DNA from: an uncultured Methanosarcinaceae archaeon
GTDB lineage: Archaea > Halobacteriota > Methanosarcinia > Methanosarcinales > Methanosarcinaceae
DNA: 64,000 bases
Assembly: GCA_963721455.1 (NCBI GenBank)
Contig: CAVRJG010000051.1
Span: 1 to 64,000 of the forward strand
Reading direction: 5' to 3'
The translations under genes and the position numbers were made by a program. This document shows positions 10,438-21,296 of this stretch, one piece after another. Within the stretch, counting starts at the first letter, position 1, and every line of letters begins with the position of its first letter. The notes beneath the pieces are model-generated. The model had not been told where the DNA came from and made no database searches. It saw only the letters and a list, made by a program, of their open reading frames with translations.

Positions 10438-11506
10438 TATTTACCACATTTTTTATTTTTTCATTAAAGATCGAAATATCAAAGTGTTTTGCCTGCTCAA
10501 TACATGAGGCCCCGTAAATTTCAGGTTCACGAGATACGAATTTGACAGCTTCTATAACACTATGAACATCTGCGTTTATAAGAAGACCCGTTTTTTCGGT
10601 TACCGTCTCCTTAAACCCTCCTTCATTTACAGCTACCACGGGTTTTCCACTTGCCATAGCTTCCACAGGTGTCATGCCAAAATCCTCATCCATGGCAGTG
10701 CATATAAAGCCCCTGCAACGGGAGTAAATGTCAAGCAGCTCAACTTCAGAAATCTCTCCGAGCACTTTTACATTCTCCGGTAAGTCATTAATAATACTTT
10801 CTGCATAACTTTTCGCGTGGTCTCCTCTTGAATATCCACCGACAATGACAAGTTCTTCTTCAGGCATTTTCCTGAAGGCTTCGATCTGGATTTCCACTCT
10901 TTTTTCAGGATAGAGGCGGTTTACTGAGAGCCAGAAGTTTCCATACTCTTTACAGGTGAACTTTGAAATCTCAACCGGGGGATAGATAACTTCAGCATCC
11001 CTGTGGAAATACTTTTTGATTCTTTTTGATGTATTTTTTGAATTGGTTGCAATTTTACAGACGTGGGAAAGGTAATATTCGGAGACTGGCCTGTGAAGCC
11101 TAACCCATATTCTGAAGAAAATTGAGATAAAGAGCGGCTGTCTTTTTATAAATATATCGTAAAGGTCATAGAAAGCTCGTGTAGGAGTATGGCAGTAATA
11201 TAGGTTCGGCTTATGTTTCCTTGCAGCGAAATGTGCCCAATTTCCGGAAAAAATGAAGAAATTGTATTCCTTTGAAAAATCACACGTTGCAAAGCGAAAA
11301 GATGCTGAGATTTGCTTCATGGGAGGCACTTTTGAAGTTTTTCCCAGGCTGATTATGCGTATGTCGGAATAACCCATCTTTTTTACGGATTCTGTGTTTA
11401 AGTCCGTGGTAATAACATCGGCATTAAGACACTTCGCGAGCATCAGAACCAGTTTTTCTCCGCCGCCAATGGCTCCAAAGTAATCATGAAATATGGCTAT
11501 TTTCAT
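10427..11506 (-). CDS. GT4 glycosyltransferase (WbaZ-like; start probably ATG 11506)
   Basis: [25 protein letters not shown] and [19 protein letters not shown] motifs. Confidence 0.9.
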   Translation of the reverse strand: MKIAIFHDYFGAIGGGEKLVLMLAKCLNADVITTDLNTESVKKMGYSDIRIISLGKTSKVPPMKQISASFRFATCDFSKEYNFFIFSGNWAHFAARKHKPNLYYCHTPTRAFYDLYDIFIKRQPLFISIFFRIWVRLHRPVSEYYLSHVCKIATNSKNTSKRIKKYFHRDAEVIYPPVEISKFTCKEYGNFWLSVNRLYPEKRVEIQIEAFRKMPEEELVIVGGYSRGDHAKSYAESIINDLPENVKVLGEISEVELLDIYSRCRGFICTAMDEDFGMTPVEAMASGKPVVAVNEGGFKETVTEKTGLLINADVHSVIEAVKFVSREPEIYGASCIEQAKHFDISIFNEKIKNVVNNDC

Positions 11507-11926
11507 CGATTTCTCACTTTTATCAGGGGGTTTAAACAAAATACAGGTTCAAGAGACTACTGGAAAATTAAACGTAAATATCAAGTTCCCGGGAGTGGGA
11601 AGAATACCGTGTCAGGTTTTTATAGTATGTAGAACTCCTAACCTATCCTTTAATTAGCAGTACGAGATTTTTATCAGCAGTACCAGATTTTCTGTCAATG
11701 TTTTATATCAATAGTACTGGACATCCCATTGGTAATACCAGATCTTCTTCACGATTTCAACAATTCATTAAGCTCAACGGTTATAAATATATTGAAGAAT
11801 GCATATCAACATTGGGAGAGGTATATATAATACTTGCCAGATGAGATGGTTCATTAGATTGTATTGAAGAGAATTAACCTTCACTTTAAGTATCACTTTA
11901 ACTGTCATTTTAACTCTCATTAATAT

Positions 11927-12016
11927 ACTAGTGTTGTGTCAACAGCAAAATATCGTATAAAATCGATTGCAACTATTCAGATTTGTTGAATCTTAAAGGA
12001 TTGACACGACACTAGT
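11927..12016. repeat. ~90-bp MITE-like element with 16-bp terminal inverted repeats
   Basis: ACTAGTGTTGTGTCAA ... TTGACACGACACTAGT (15/16 complementary), located in the divergent GT4/aglB intergenic region. Confidence 0.75.
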
Positions 12017-12197
12017 CTAAACTCAGATAATATTCAACACTCAGGCTACGGTTACAGTCTATGGTTATACTGGTTAAGAGCACTCAGTTAATCATTTAGA
12101 TTATATAACCCTAAAGTTATTATATTAATTCGCCTACTATCAAAGATTACTTTACTTAAAAGTGCAATAAAAAGCAAACAGCTAAAAATTAAAAGAG

Positions 12198-14687
12198 ATG
12201 GTTACAACGAACAAAGGCATGGGATGTCCGGTGGCAAAACGGCCCGCTCATAGTTTAAAATTTAGTATTATTTCTCTGACCGCAGTTACATTAGTTGCTT
12301 TTCTCATGCGCATGCTCTCATATGCCTCGGTTACTGCAAACGGAGGTATAACCTTCACTGGATATGATGACTTCTATCATATGCGGCGCATTCTTTATAC
12401 AGCTTCCAATTTTCCTCATTCCCTTAATTTCGATTCCTACCTCAATTATCCTTACGGTTTTGAAATTGGGTGGCCGCCTCTTTTTGACCTGTTAGGCGGT
12501 CTGCTTGCAAAAGTCCTGGGAGGAGGGCAGCCGGATTTGCATACTGTCGAATTTGCAGGAGCTCTATTACCGGTACTTCTCGGGATTCTGACAATAATTC
12601 CATTGTATATTGCAACTGCCTCGGTATTTGACAGGAAGACAGGAATTCTTGCGGCTTTCATTTTTGCAGTTCTTCCAGCTCATGTATATATATCCCGGTT
12701 TGGGGCAGTTGACCATCACGTAGCAGAAACACTCCTCTCAACGGCAGCTTATGCGTTTTTTATACTTGCCTTAAAATGGGCAAGGGATGGGTCTCTTTCC
12801 CTGACTTCTCTCAAAACCATCTATTCTGAAAAGAAACTTGTAAAATCTATGGCTTTTGCAGGAGCATCCGGGCTTTGTTTCGCACTCCTTATTTTCACAT
12901 GGATAGGAGCCCCTATTTTTGTAAGCTTTATTGTATTGTATGCACTCATACAGGCCACAATCGACCTTAAGGCCGGGAAAAACTCCGATTACCTCCTTAT
13001 CTGCTCTATTGCATGCCTCTTTGCAACACTTCTGTTTACCATTCCCCTATCAGCCGGATCTTTACGCCCGGGCCTGGAAATGAGTGCGATGTATCTTTCC
13101 TGGTTCCAGGTGTTCTATGTGTTCAGCATGTTAGCCGGAACCTTTATTCTCTGGGGCTTTTCCTTATATGTCTCCAAAAAAGGCATGAACTGGAAGTATT
13201 ATCCCGGAATTCTAATACTGGTTTTCGGTGCAGGGCTTCTGTCCCTGAGATTTTTTTCCGCTGAATCCTATGCTTTCGTAATTGAGGGAATGAAGTTCTT
13301 CCTCGGAAAAGGTGAGTACATAGGCACTATTTCCGAAGCTTCGCCTCTATTTTTTAATGCAGGAAAACTTACCTTTTCGGCAGTACTGGGTGCTTTCGGA
13401 GTTTGCTTCCCTGTGGCTCTGGCAGCTCTTTTCCTGCTCGTACTTGAGTGGAAAGGAGAAAAGTCGAAGCCGGAAGGGGTATTTTTCCTCTTATGGACAG
13501 TCTTTTTCGCATATCTGGCCATTTCTCAGAGGCGTTTTTCGTATCTGTTTGCAGTAAATGTTTCAATCCTTACCGCATATCTTCTCTGGGTTTTACTCGA
13601 ATCCCTCAACTTTGAGGCTGAGGCAAGAAAACTGATTAAATCCTGGCCGACGACTGGAAAAAATACCATACCTGCCTTTCAAACCGGAAAAGAGACTAAG
13701 TTAATAACGAGATCAAAACCGAATATGAAAAATGGGTCCGGATCAAAAAAGGCGCAGGACCCCGATTACTTCAAACTTGTGTCCTCGCTGGTACTGGTAG
13801 GGCTGGTTTTTGTACCCAGCATATTGATTGGGTCTGCTTTTACAAAAAACGTAGACTCGGTTGATCCTGAATGGCAGGACTCTCTCAGGTGGCTTGGAAC
13901 GTCGAGCCCTGAGACTTCTCATTACCTTGAGCCTTCAGAAACTCCCGAATATGGGGTTTTGAGCTGGTGGGACTACGGAAACTGGATCGTTTACCTTTCC
14001 AGAAGGCCTGCAGTTTCAAACAATTTCCAGACCGGCGTGCATGATTCTGCACTTTTCTTCACAACTGACTCGGAACAGGAAGCAAAGGCAATTATGGAAA
14101 AACTCAACGTAAAATATGTAATAGCCGACAAACTAATGGCAAGCGGCAAGTTTGCGGCTATCGTTGAGCTCGCAGGAAAGGATATTGGGAAATATTTCGA
14201 CATAAAAACAGTCACTGGAAAAGAAGGCTTTGAGACCGTTGCGACTGCTAAAAATGAATTTTTGAATACCGAAATATACAAACTTTATGAACTTGACGGA
14301 ACAAACCTCGGAAACTTGAGGCTTGTCCACGAAAGCACTGCCCCGCAAGAGGGTAGCAAAAAAAATGATGTAAAGGTATTCGAATTTGTCCCTGGAGCCA
14401 TAATCTCAGGTACTGCAGTCCCGGGTCAGCCCGTTAATGCAACACTTGAGCTCAGCTCGAATACAGGCCGAAAATTCACATATCAAAATAAAGCAGTTTC
14501 AGATAAAAACGGTTCATTTGAGATAACCGTACCCTACTCGACCGAAAATACGGCAGGTGGAGTCAATGCTGCATCGGCTTATTCCCTTAGTGCAGGAGAA
14601 AACGTTACAATATCTGGAATCCAGGTAACTGAAAGTGACATTCTGAAGGGAAATAGGGTAGAAGTGAATATTTCGGAAGCTAACTGA
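12198..14687 (+). CDS. aglB: Archaeal oligosaccharyltransferase (STT3 family)
   Basis: GYDDFYHMR, GWPPLFD, DHHVAE, TISE, catalytic SWWDYG and SNNFQ motifs; many TM helices. Confidence 0.95.
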   Translation: MVTTNKGMGCPVAKRPAHSLKFSIISLTAVTLVAFLMRMLSYASVTANGGITFTGYDDFYHMRRILYTASNFPHSLNFDSYLNYPYGFEIGWPPLFDLLGGLLAKVLGGGQPDLHTVEFAGALLPVLLGILTIIPLYIATASVFDRKTGILAAFIFAVLPAHVYISRFGAVDHHVAETLLSTAAYAFFILALKWARDGSLSLTSLKTIYSEKKLVKSMAFAGASGLCFALLIFTWIGAPIFVSFIVLYALIQATIDLKAGKNSDYLLICSIACLFATLLFTIPLSAGSLRPGLEMSAMYLSWFQVFYVFSMLAGTFILWGFSLYVSKKGMNWKYYPGILILVFGAGLLSLRFFSAESYAFVIEGMKFFLGKGEYIGTISEASPLFFNAGKLTFSAVLGAFGVCFPVALAALFLLVLEWKGEKSKPEGVFFLLWTVFFAYLAISQRRFSYLFAVNVSILTAYLLWVLLESLNFEAEARKLIKSWPTTGKNTIPAFQTGKETKLITRSKPNMKNGSGSKKAQDPDYFKLVSSLVLVGLVFVPSILIGSAFTKNVDSVDPEWQDSLRWLGTSSPETSHYLEPSETPEYGVLSWWDYGNWIVYLSRRPAVSNNFQTGVHDSALFFTTDSEQEAKAIMEKLNVKYVIADKLMASGKFAAIVELAGKDIGKYFDIKTVTGKEGFETVATAKNEFLNTEIYKLYELDGTNLGNLRLVHESTAPQEGSKKNDVKVFEFVPGAIISGTAVPGQPVNATLELSSNTGRKFTYQNKAVSDKNGSFEITVPYSTENTAGGVNAASAYSLSAGENVTISGIQVTESDILKGNRVEVNISEAN

Positions 14688-14932
14688 GCATTTCCTGAAC
14701 TGGATTTCTAAATGAATAAAATCCACAAAATAAATATATTCGGAAAAGTGAGGGGAAAAGAAAAAGGATAAAATGAGAAGAAAGAGAAGAAAGAGAATAG
14801 AAATAAGTGAGGAAAGGAAGAAAAAGAGAGAAAAAGAAATCTTTTCCTCCTATCATTTTATTGAAAAACTTTTACTGAATCGTTTTTGGAAAGGTACTTC
14901 AGTTGCGGGGGTCGCCGCCGAAAATTTCATTC

Positions 14933-16444
14933 TCATGTATTTTCAACTCCTACCGCACTCAGGAACCTTTTGACCACTGCTTCATTAACCAGCCTTAACA
15001 GTGTCTGACGGTCTTTTGTAGCGCTAAAAACCCCGAGGGGAATCTGGGCTCCTGCTGCGTTTGCGTGCCCGCCTGCATCCTCTCCGAAAGCCTGGCGCAT
15101 AATTTCTCCGAGATTGACTCTGATATCGTTGCTGCGCCCGGAAATATAGATGCGGTCTTCAGTAACCCCAAAGACGACTGTTGTGGATATTCCTTCAAGG
15201 CTCAGGAGGTAATCTGCAGCCTGCGGGAGAGTGTCCCTATCCCGTATGTTCCCGACATTTGAGAGGAGGTAACTCCCAAGCACCTGCCGGTTCCGGATGG
15301 CTTCTCCGAGCACTTCAAGGGTTTCAATAGCCATTGAAGGCTGCTCGAGCTGATCCAGAATGCCGTGATTCGAAAGGGGATAGAGGTATGAAGCAGCTGA
15401 GAGGTCTGCAGGGTCGGTTTTCCTCTTGAAGTCCTGTGTGTCAGTCCGAATCCCGTAGAGCAGAGCCGTTGCCATGGTCTTGGATATATTGATATTGAGC
15501 TGCTGCAGATACTTTGTCATTATAGTGGCCGTTGCCCCGAAATTAGGCCGAATGTCTATATACTCGGCCTTTATCTCAGTCTCTCCCGGTGGATGGTGAT
15601 CGATCACAATGCCCACATATGAGTTGAGAGGGACCATATTGTTAACACCTGGGATGGAGCAGTCTATCAGGGCAATTTCATCAAAGTTTTTAAGATTGTG
15701 CTCTTCCATCTTGCCAAGGTCAATCCCGAGCAGGTTTACAAAGGCTTTGTTTTCCTGGTGCCCGATCCTGCCGTGGTAGATGATATTTGCTTCCACCCCC
15801 AGGTTTTTTGCAATTTCTTTTAAGGCAAGCCCGCTAGATATGGCATCCGGATCAGGGTTATCGTGAATTACAATAGCAAGTTTTTTTTCTCTTATTCCCT
15901 TCAGCCACCGCGCAAGCCTGTTGCCCCTGTGAACCGACTCGGCTCTCTCAAGGGAACGGGAAAGGGAGCTTGCAACAAGCTTGGAAGGCATAAAGACATA
16001 ATCTGCCCCAAGATCTTCCATCTTTTCCTTATTGATAATATCCGAGGCCCGGGAAAAGAGCTGGATGTCAGGATTGATTACCTTTTTGAAATTCTCAAGG
16101 CCCTTTCTGTTCGCCTCGTTATTGGAAGTCAGGAAAAGTATGACAACAACGTTTTTAAGGTCAATCTTATTAACAATCTCAGGATCGGAGATGTCGCCTA
16201 CAATCGTCTCAAAGCCTTCTTCCCTGAGAGTCTCTACTTTGGCTTCATCTTTATCTACAATAATCACAAGCTTATTGCTTTCCCTGAGCTCTTTTGCAAG
16301 CGCAAAACCAACACTTCCACTGCCCAGAACCAGGTATCTGGGTTTAACTGTGCTCTTAAGGTTGCTGTCTGCATCTTTTGAAAAATTAGACAAAAGTAGT
16401 CCTCCCTGTTTTATGTAAGTCCAGACACGTGCAAAGGAAAGCAA
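14933..16444 (-). CDS. DHH/DHHA1 phosphoesterase with N-terminal TrkA-N (RCK) domain
   Basis: VLGSGSVG Rossmann motif; HDNPDPDA, IDHH and AGGHANAAG motifs. The true start may be slightly downstream. Confidence 0.9.
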   Translation of the reverse strand: MLSFARVWTYIKQGGLLLSNFSKDADSNLKSTVKPRYLVLGSGSVGFALAKELRESNKLVIIVDKDEAKVETLREEGFETIVGDISDPEIVNKIDLKNVVVILFLTSNNEANRKGLENFKKVINPDIQLFSRASDIINKEKMEDLGADYVFMPSKLVASSLSRSLERAESVHRGNRLARWLKGIREKKLAIVIHDNPDPDAISSGLALKEIAKNLGVEANIIYHGRIGHQENKAFVNLLGIDLGKMEEHNLKNFDEIALIDCSIPGVNNMVPLNSYVGIVIDHHPPGETEIKAEYIDIRPNFGATATIMTKYLQQLNINISKTMATALLYGIRTDTQDFKRKTDPADLSAASYLYPLSNHGILDQLEQPSMAIETLEVLGEAIRNRQVLGSYLLSNVGNIRDRDTLPQAADYLLSLEGISTTVVFGVTEDRIYISGRSNDIRVNLGEIMRQAFGEDAGGHANAAGAQIPLGVFSATKDRQTLLRLVNEAVVKRFLSAVGVENT

Positions 16445-16825
16445 ACATTTGATCAGAATCCTGCCTATTCACGTTTTACTGCAGTTAGTTAACTGTAACA
16501 CTGGCTATAGCTATTTTAGGTAGTTGCTCTTACTGATAAATACTCTAGGATTAACACCGTTTTTCCTGGGAATTAAATCATCTCGGTATTTAAGCCATCT
16601 CGGATATATATTATATTATTATATCGGAATGCAACGTATATAGTTAATAACATCAAATAGGTTTTCCTCGGTGTAAAAATAATAAATAAATTATTTCAAT
16701 TACCTGAGAGATATATAACAGTTTCTATAACAATCACGAAGTCAAATAATTCAAGCTTACAGAAACATTCGAAAGATTAAGCAGATAACAGGAAACTGAA
16801 TAAAATAAACAAACCGGTAATTATT

Positions 16826-18334
16826 ATGAAGTGCATCAGTTCTTTGAGGATGAAGGCAATAGACAGAAACTGCGAATGCCTTGGCCTTCTACCTGTCCAG
16901 TTAATGGAAAATGCAGGAGCCGTTATTGCGCAGAATATAAGGGAGAAGCTTGAAAGCGGCAAGGTTCTTTTTGTTGCAGGCCGGGGAAATAACGGAGGAG
17001 ATGCTTTTGTTGCCGCCAGGCACCTTGCAGGTTCTTCAGGGTACATTGTAAAGGTAATTGTTCTGGGAAAAGCCCGGGATATAGGAACCGGGGAAGCTTT
17101 CCACAACTTTTCCCTGCTGAAGTTCAGCCGCGTGCAGATGCTCGAAATAACAGATTCAAGCCAGCTTGGGGCTGTAGCTTCTGACTGGTTTTCAGAAGCT
17201 GACCTGCTCGTAGACGCAGTATTCGGGACTGGAATTAAAGGGAACATAAAAGAACCTGAGTCCACAGTTATCGACCTTATAAACGGGGAAGGAAAAGCAG
17301 GGAAAACCGTAATTTCTGTTGACATTCCATCAGGACTTGACCCTGATGGCGGAGACTTTGAAAAAGCTGTGCATGCAGGGCTTACAGTTACTTTTCACCA
17401 TATGAAAGTAGGGCTTTTGAGCGAGAAGGCAAAAGAATACACTGGCATGATAAAGGTTGTAGATATAGGAATCTGTGCGGATGCCGAGCAATATGTGGGT
17501 CCCGGAGACCTGACGATGCTGCACAGGCGAAAGTTAGAAGGGCACAAGGGAGATTCCGGAAAGATCCTTGTTATCGGAGGCGGCCCGTATTCAGGAGCTC
17601 CAGCCCTTGCAGCCCTTGCAGCTCTGAAGGCAGGGGCAGACCTGGTAACAGTAGCAGTCCCTGTGCCTGTAGCCGAAATAGTGGCATCTTATTCTCCGAA
17701 CCTGATAGTCCGGAAACTCTCTTCAAATGTACTCTGCCCGGACGATCTTTCCATCCTCCTGGACCTCATAAACTCCCATGACGTGGTCGTGATGGGAATG
17801 GGGCTGGGGAGAGCGGCAGAAACCCTGGAAGCCGTCCGGAAAATCCTGCCCTTCTGCAGGAAAGCCGTCCTTGACGCCGATGCTCTCTCAGCCCTCTCAG
17901 GCTCTATCTTTGAAGCCCTTGCAGGCAACTGTGAACTGATAGTAACCCCGCACGCAGGAGAATTTGCCCGCCTTAGGGGCATGGACACTCCTGAAAGCTG
18001 TGAGGCCCGTATCAGAGCCGTCAGAGAGTTTTCTGAGGAAAAAGGGGTTGTAACGCTCCTCAAAGGAAAGACAGACATTATCTCGGACGGAAAACAGACT
18101 CTCCTGAACAGGACAGGGAACGCAGGCATGACAGTCGGAGGTACAGGGGATGTCCTGGCAGGGCTTACAGGGTTCCTTTTTTCCAGAAATCCGGCATTTC
18201 TTGCTGCAGCCTGTGCTGCATATATTAACGGGGCAGCCGGAGACCTGGCTTTTGAGAAAGCAGGAAACGGACTGCTTGCAACGGATATAGTAAAAAAGAT
18301 TCCCGAAATAATTAAAGAGGCAGAGATAGGGTAA
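16826..18334 (+). CDS. nnr: Bifunctional NAD(P)HX epimerase/dehydratase
   Basis: LMENAG, GRGNNGGDA, VDAVFGTG and DIPSG (YjeF-N); HKGDSG, TPHAGEF and GGTGDVLAG (carbohydrate kinase-like). Confidence 0.95.
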   Translation: MKCISSLRMKAIDRNCECLGLLPVQLMENAGAVIAQNIREKLESGKVLFVAGRGNNGGDAFVAARHLAGSSGYIVKVIVLGKARDIGTGEAFHNFSLLKFSRVQMLEITDSSQLGAVASDWFSEADLLVDAVFGTGIKGNIKEPESTVIDLINGEGKAGKTVISVDIPSGLDPDGGDFEKAVHAGLTVTFHHMKVGLLSEKAKEYTGMIKVVDIGICADAEQYVGPGDLTMLHRRKLEGHKGDSGKILVIGGGPYSGAPALAALAALKAGADLVTVAVPVPVAEIVASYSPNLIVRKLSSNVLCPDDLSILLDLINSHDVVVMGMGLGRAAETLEAVRKILPFCRKAVLDADALSALSGSIFEALAGNCELIVTPHAGEFARLRGMDTPESCEARIRAVREFSEEKGVVTLLKGKTDIISDGKQTLLNRTGNAGMTVGGTGDVLAGLTGFLFSRNPAFLAAACAAYINGAAGDLAFEKAGNGLLATDIVKKIPEIIKEAEIG

Positions 18335-18512
18335 AAGAGATAAAAATAAACTCTAAAGGCGCCAGTGTGGTACTGGAAATCCAATACTGCGATTAATTTT
18401 ACATTGCAATTTATTTAACACTACGATTAATTTAACATTTCAATTAATACTTCTATAATGTAAATTTAATGTAAAATACTGTAAACGGGCGTAAAATGGG
18501 GAGGCAACTGAT

Positions 18513-18698
18513 ATGGTACAGGGAATTGAAAGGAAAATAGAGTTAGAAATCGAAAGAAACAGGATAAGGATTACGATTTTTCACGGGGAAGACGAGCAGA
18601 TTATAAAACTCAACCTTGAGGAAACCAGAGAACTTGCAAAAGATCTGGAGAAAGCACTTGATGACTATTCAAAAAGAAAGCAGATAAGAATTGACTGA
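18513..18698 (+). CDS. Small hypothetical protein (61 aa)
   Basis: RBS-like GGGAGG upstream, protein-like composition, and operon position before moaC. Confidence 0.7.
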   Translation: MVQGIERKIELEIERNRIRITIFHGEDEQIIKLNLEETRELAKDLEKALDDYSKRKQIRID

Positions 18699-18809
18699 TC
18701 AGAGAAGAAAGGCCCTTCAAAATTGAACAAAACGGCAACTGGAAGCCAGATGGGCTCGAAACCAAAATGAAATAAATTCAAGATAAAATACGAAAAACGC
18801 GGTGATTTA

Positions 18810-19277
18810 GTGGAAAAGAGATTTACTCATATCGAGTCCGGCAGAGCGCGTATGGTTGACATCAGTGGAAAAACTGATATTCCAAGATTGGCGCGGGCTG
18901 CTGGGGAAATCGTACTCTCCGGGGAGACCATAGAAAAGATAAAGACTGGAAATGTGGAAAAAGGAAACGTGCTTGCAACTGCGCGGGTTGCAGCCGTGCT
19001 TGCGATTAAAAAGACCCCGGAAATAATTCCCATGTGCCATCAGATCCCGATCACTGCTATAGATGTGGATTTTAATCTAGGGGAGGGAGTGATCTCGGCT
19101 GTAGTAGAGGTCAGGACTGTCGGGAAAACAGGAGTTGAAATGGAAGCCCTCACAGGGGTTTCGGCAGCACTGCTAACGATATGGGATATGGTAAAATCGG
19201 CGGAAAAAGACGAAAGCGGGAATTATCCCCATACTTCGATAAAAAATATAAGGGTGCTCGAAAAGCTCAAAGGGTAA
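18810..19277 (+). CDS. moaC: Cyclic pyranopterin monophosphate synthase
   Basis: MVDIS, KGNVLATAR, IIPMCH, TGVEMEALT and IWDMVKS motifs. Confidence 0.96.
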   Translation: MEKRFTHIESGRARMVDISGKTDIPRLARAAGEIVLSGETIEKIKTGNVEKGNVLATARVAAVLAIKKTPEIIPMCHQIPITAIDVDFNLGEGVISAVVEVRTVGKTGVEMEALTGVSAALLTIWDMVKSAEKDESGNYPHTSIKNIRVLEKLKG

Positions 19278-19357
19278 AGACCCAAAAAAATTAAACCCAT
19301 TAAAATAAGCTTTTTAAAGGATGGGATATATCAAGACGGCAGACTGAGGTATATATC

Positions 19358-20209
19358 TTGAAGATCGTAGGTGGACCAGCATCACAATTACTCGCCAGCC
19401 GCACTGCCCGGGCTTTAGGGACAGAACCGGTGCTTTGTGAGTTTAACCGTTTCCCTGACGGAGAACTTTATCTTCGAATCGCAGAAGAGACCGAAAACGA
19501 GAGTGTGACCCTTATCCAGAGCACACCCACAGATTCTGACCTTGTTTCCCTGCTCCAGCTTATCGATGCCTGTGACGGGGCAAGAGAACTCAATGTCGTA
19601 ATCCCTTACATGGGATATGCCAGACAGGACAGGAAGTTCAAACCCGGAGAGCCTATTAGTGCCCGCGCAGTTGCCCGCTGCATCAATGCTGACCGGGTTT
19701 TTACAATAAACATCCACGAAAAAAGTGTGCTTGAATATTTCCCGGGCCCTGCATACAACCTTGACGCAGCAAAGCTGCTTGGGGAGCATATCGCAGGTTT
19801 TGGCCTGGAAAACCCTATTCTGGTTGCACCTGATTCCGGAGCCGAAGGGCTTGTAAAGAATGTATCTTCAGGCCTGGGTTTTGATTACGATCACCTGCAG
19901 AAAACCAGGCTCAGTGGAGATACGGTCGTAGTCAAGACAAAGAAAGTCGATGTAACCGGCAGGCACGTCGTCCTTGTAGATGATATGATCGCAACAGGCG
20001 GGACAATGGCCGAATCTATCAGGATGCTCAGAGACCAGGGAGCGGTCGGAGTTTATCTTGTTTGCGTGCATCCCGTACTTGCAAGGAATGCAGCTTTAAG
20101 GCTTTTCAATGCGGGCGTAAATGACATAATCGGGACCGATACCCTCGAAAAAGCAGAGAGCCGGCTAAGCGTTGCCCCCCTGATTGCAGACGCCCTTAAA
20201 GGTCTCTGA
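19358..20209 (+). CDS. prs: Ribose-phosphate pyrophosphokinase
   Basis: RFPDGE, PYMGYARQD, APDSGA and VDDMIATGGT motifs. Confidence 0.96.
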   Translation: MKIVGGPASQLLASRTARALGTEPVLCEFNRFPDGELYLRIAEETENESVTLIQSTPTDSDLVSLLQLIDACDGARELNVVIPYMGYARQDRKFKPGEPISARAVARCINADRVFTINIHEKSVLEYFPGPAYNLDAAKLLGEHIAGFGLENPILVAPDSGAEGLVKNVSSGLGFDYDHLQKTRLSGDTVVVKTKKVDVTGRHVVLVDDMIATGGTMAESIRMLRDQGAVGVYLVCVHPVLARNAALRLFNAGVNDIIGTDTLEKAESRLSVAPLIADALKGL

Positions 20210-20271
20210 TCAAATTACTTTAATTTTTATTACCGTTAACTATTTTTTATATTCTGCTTATTCTTAGTACT

Positions 20272-20988
20272 ATGACCCTTCCAGAAGTCTGCCCACTTGA
20301 TGAAAGCCAGATCTGTAAAGGGCGGGAGTGCCACCTCTTCTGCCTTGAGTGGAGAACGAGAGAACCCACCTGCCTTATAGGCTACAGCACAACAAGTAAA
20401 ATTAAGTTAGGTAAGGCTGACCGCAAAAAGGATACCTACGCTGAAGAGACCTTCCGTAAGTTAGGTAGACAGCCTCTCCCTAAAAGGAAAAACGTCTCTG
20501 AAAAGGGAGACTGGACCCCCACAAGGCTCACAGAAAAACCTCCGGAAATATCCGTTGAAAGGAAAGAGGAAAGATTTACTCAGAATCCAAATTTCCAGGA
20601 AGCAATTGTCAGAAATCCTGACCCAAGAACTGAGGAAAACCACGAAGAAAGGCTGAAAGAAAGATACTCTGCCAGTGAAGCTGAGAAAGCTTCCATACGG
20701 CTGGAAGCCAGGTTGAAAAAAGAGCAGGCTGAACAAAACCCGATTATATGTGCAAAAACTAAGCCAAAAGTCCAGGAAAAGCCAAAAGCCCAGGAAAAAG
20801 TAATTTCAAGAGATAAGCACACGACAATCTTTGCATCCTGTGATGCAGATGAAAAAGATAGCTCTTACCCATCAGGCAGAGAAGAAAAAACAAAAAAGCC
20901 CCCTGAGAATAGGGAAAGACGTAAGAAGCTTGATGAAATGATGGAAATAGACCTTCCTGACGTTTACGATGAAGAGTTCTGGAGTTAA
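20272..20988 (+). CDS. Hypothetical protein with Cys-rich N-terminus and charged, probably disordered body
   Basis: CP...C...CHLFC...C cluster; long Lys/Glu-rich ORF ending in DVYDEEFWS. Confidence 0.7.
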   Translation: MTLPEVCPLDESQICKGRECHLFCLEWRTREPTCLIGYSTTSKIKLGKADRKKDTYAEETFRKLGRQPLPKRKNVSEKGDWTPTRLTEKPPEISVERKEERFTQNPNFQEAIVRNPDPRTEENHEERLKERYSASEAEKASIRLEARLKKEQAEQNPIICAKTKPKVQEKPKAQEKVISRDKHTTIFASCDADEKDSSYPSGREEKTKKPPENRERRKKLDEMMEIDLPDVYDEEFWS

Positions 20989-21296
20989 CAGCCCGGAAAG
21001 AAGGAAAGAGCCTGGATATACAGGCAAAAGTTCCGGAAAAGGGTCATCTTGCCCGTGAAAGAAAAAAATCGCTTTCTTCGCGGCATTTCTTAAGAGAACC
21101 TTCGTGACTTCTTTAAAAAATCGCCCATTCTGGGTTTTAAGGCATGGATTATTATTATAAACCATGAGCATAGAAGAAATTATGAGAAAATCAATTGCAC
21201 GTCTGAGAGACTTTTGATATTGTAAAATTCTCGTTTTTCATGCTGCTGAATTTTCATTTTGCATGCTCAGGAAAAAACAAAAAAGGGATATGATGA

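Noticed and set aside
14773-14973. 66-aa Arg/Lys/Glu-rich ORF
   Set aside because: It arises from a purine-rich tract (T-rich terminator zone on the minus strand) between convergent genes and overlaps the DHH gene end.
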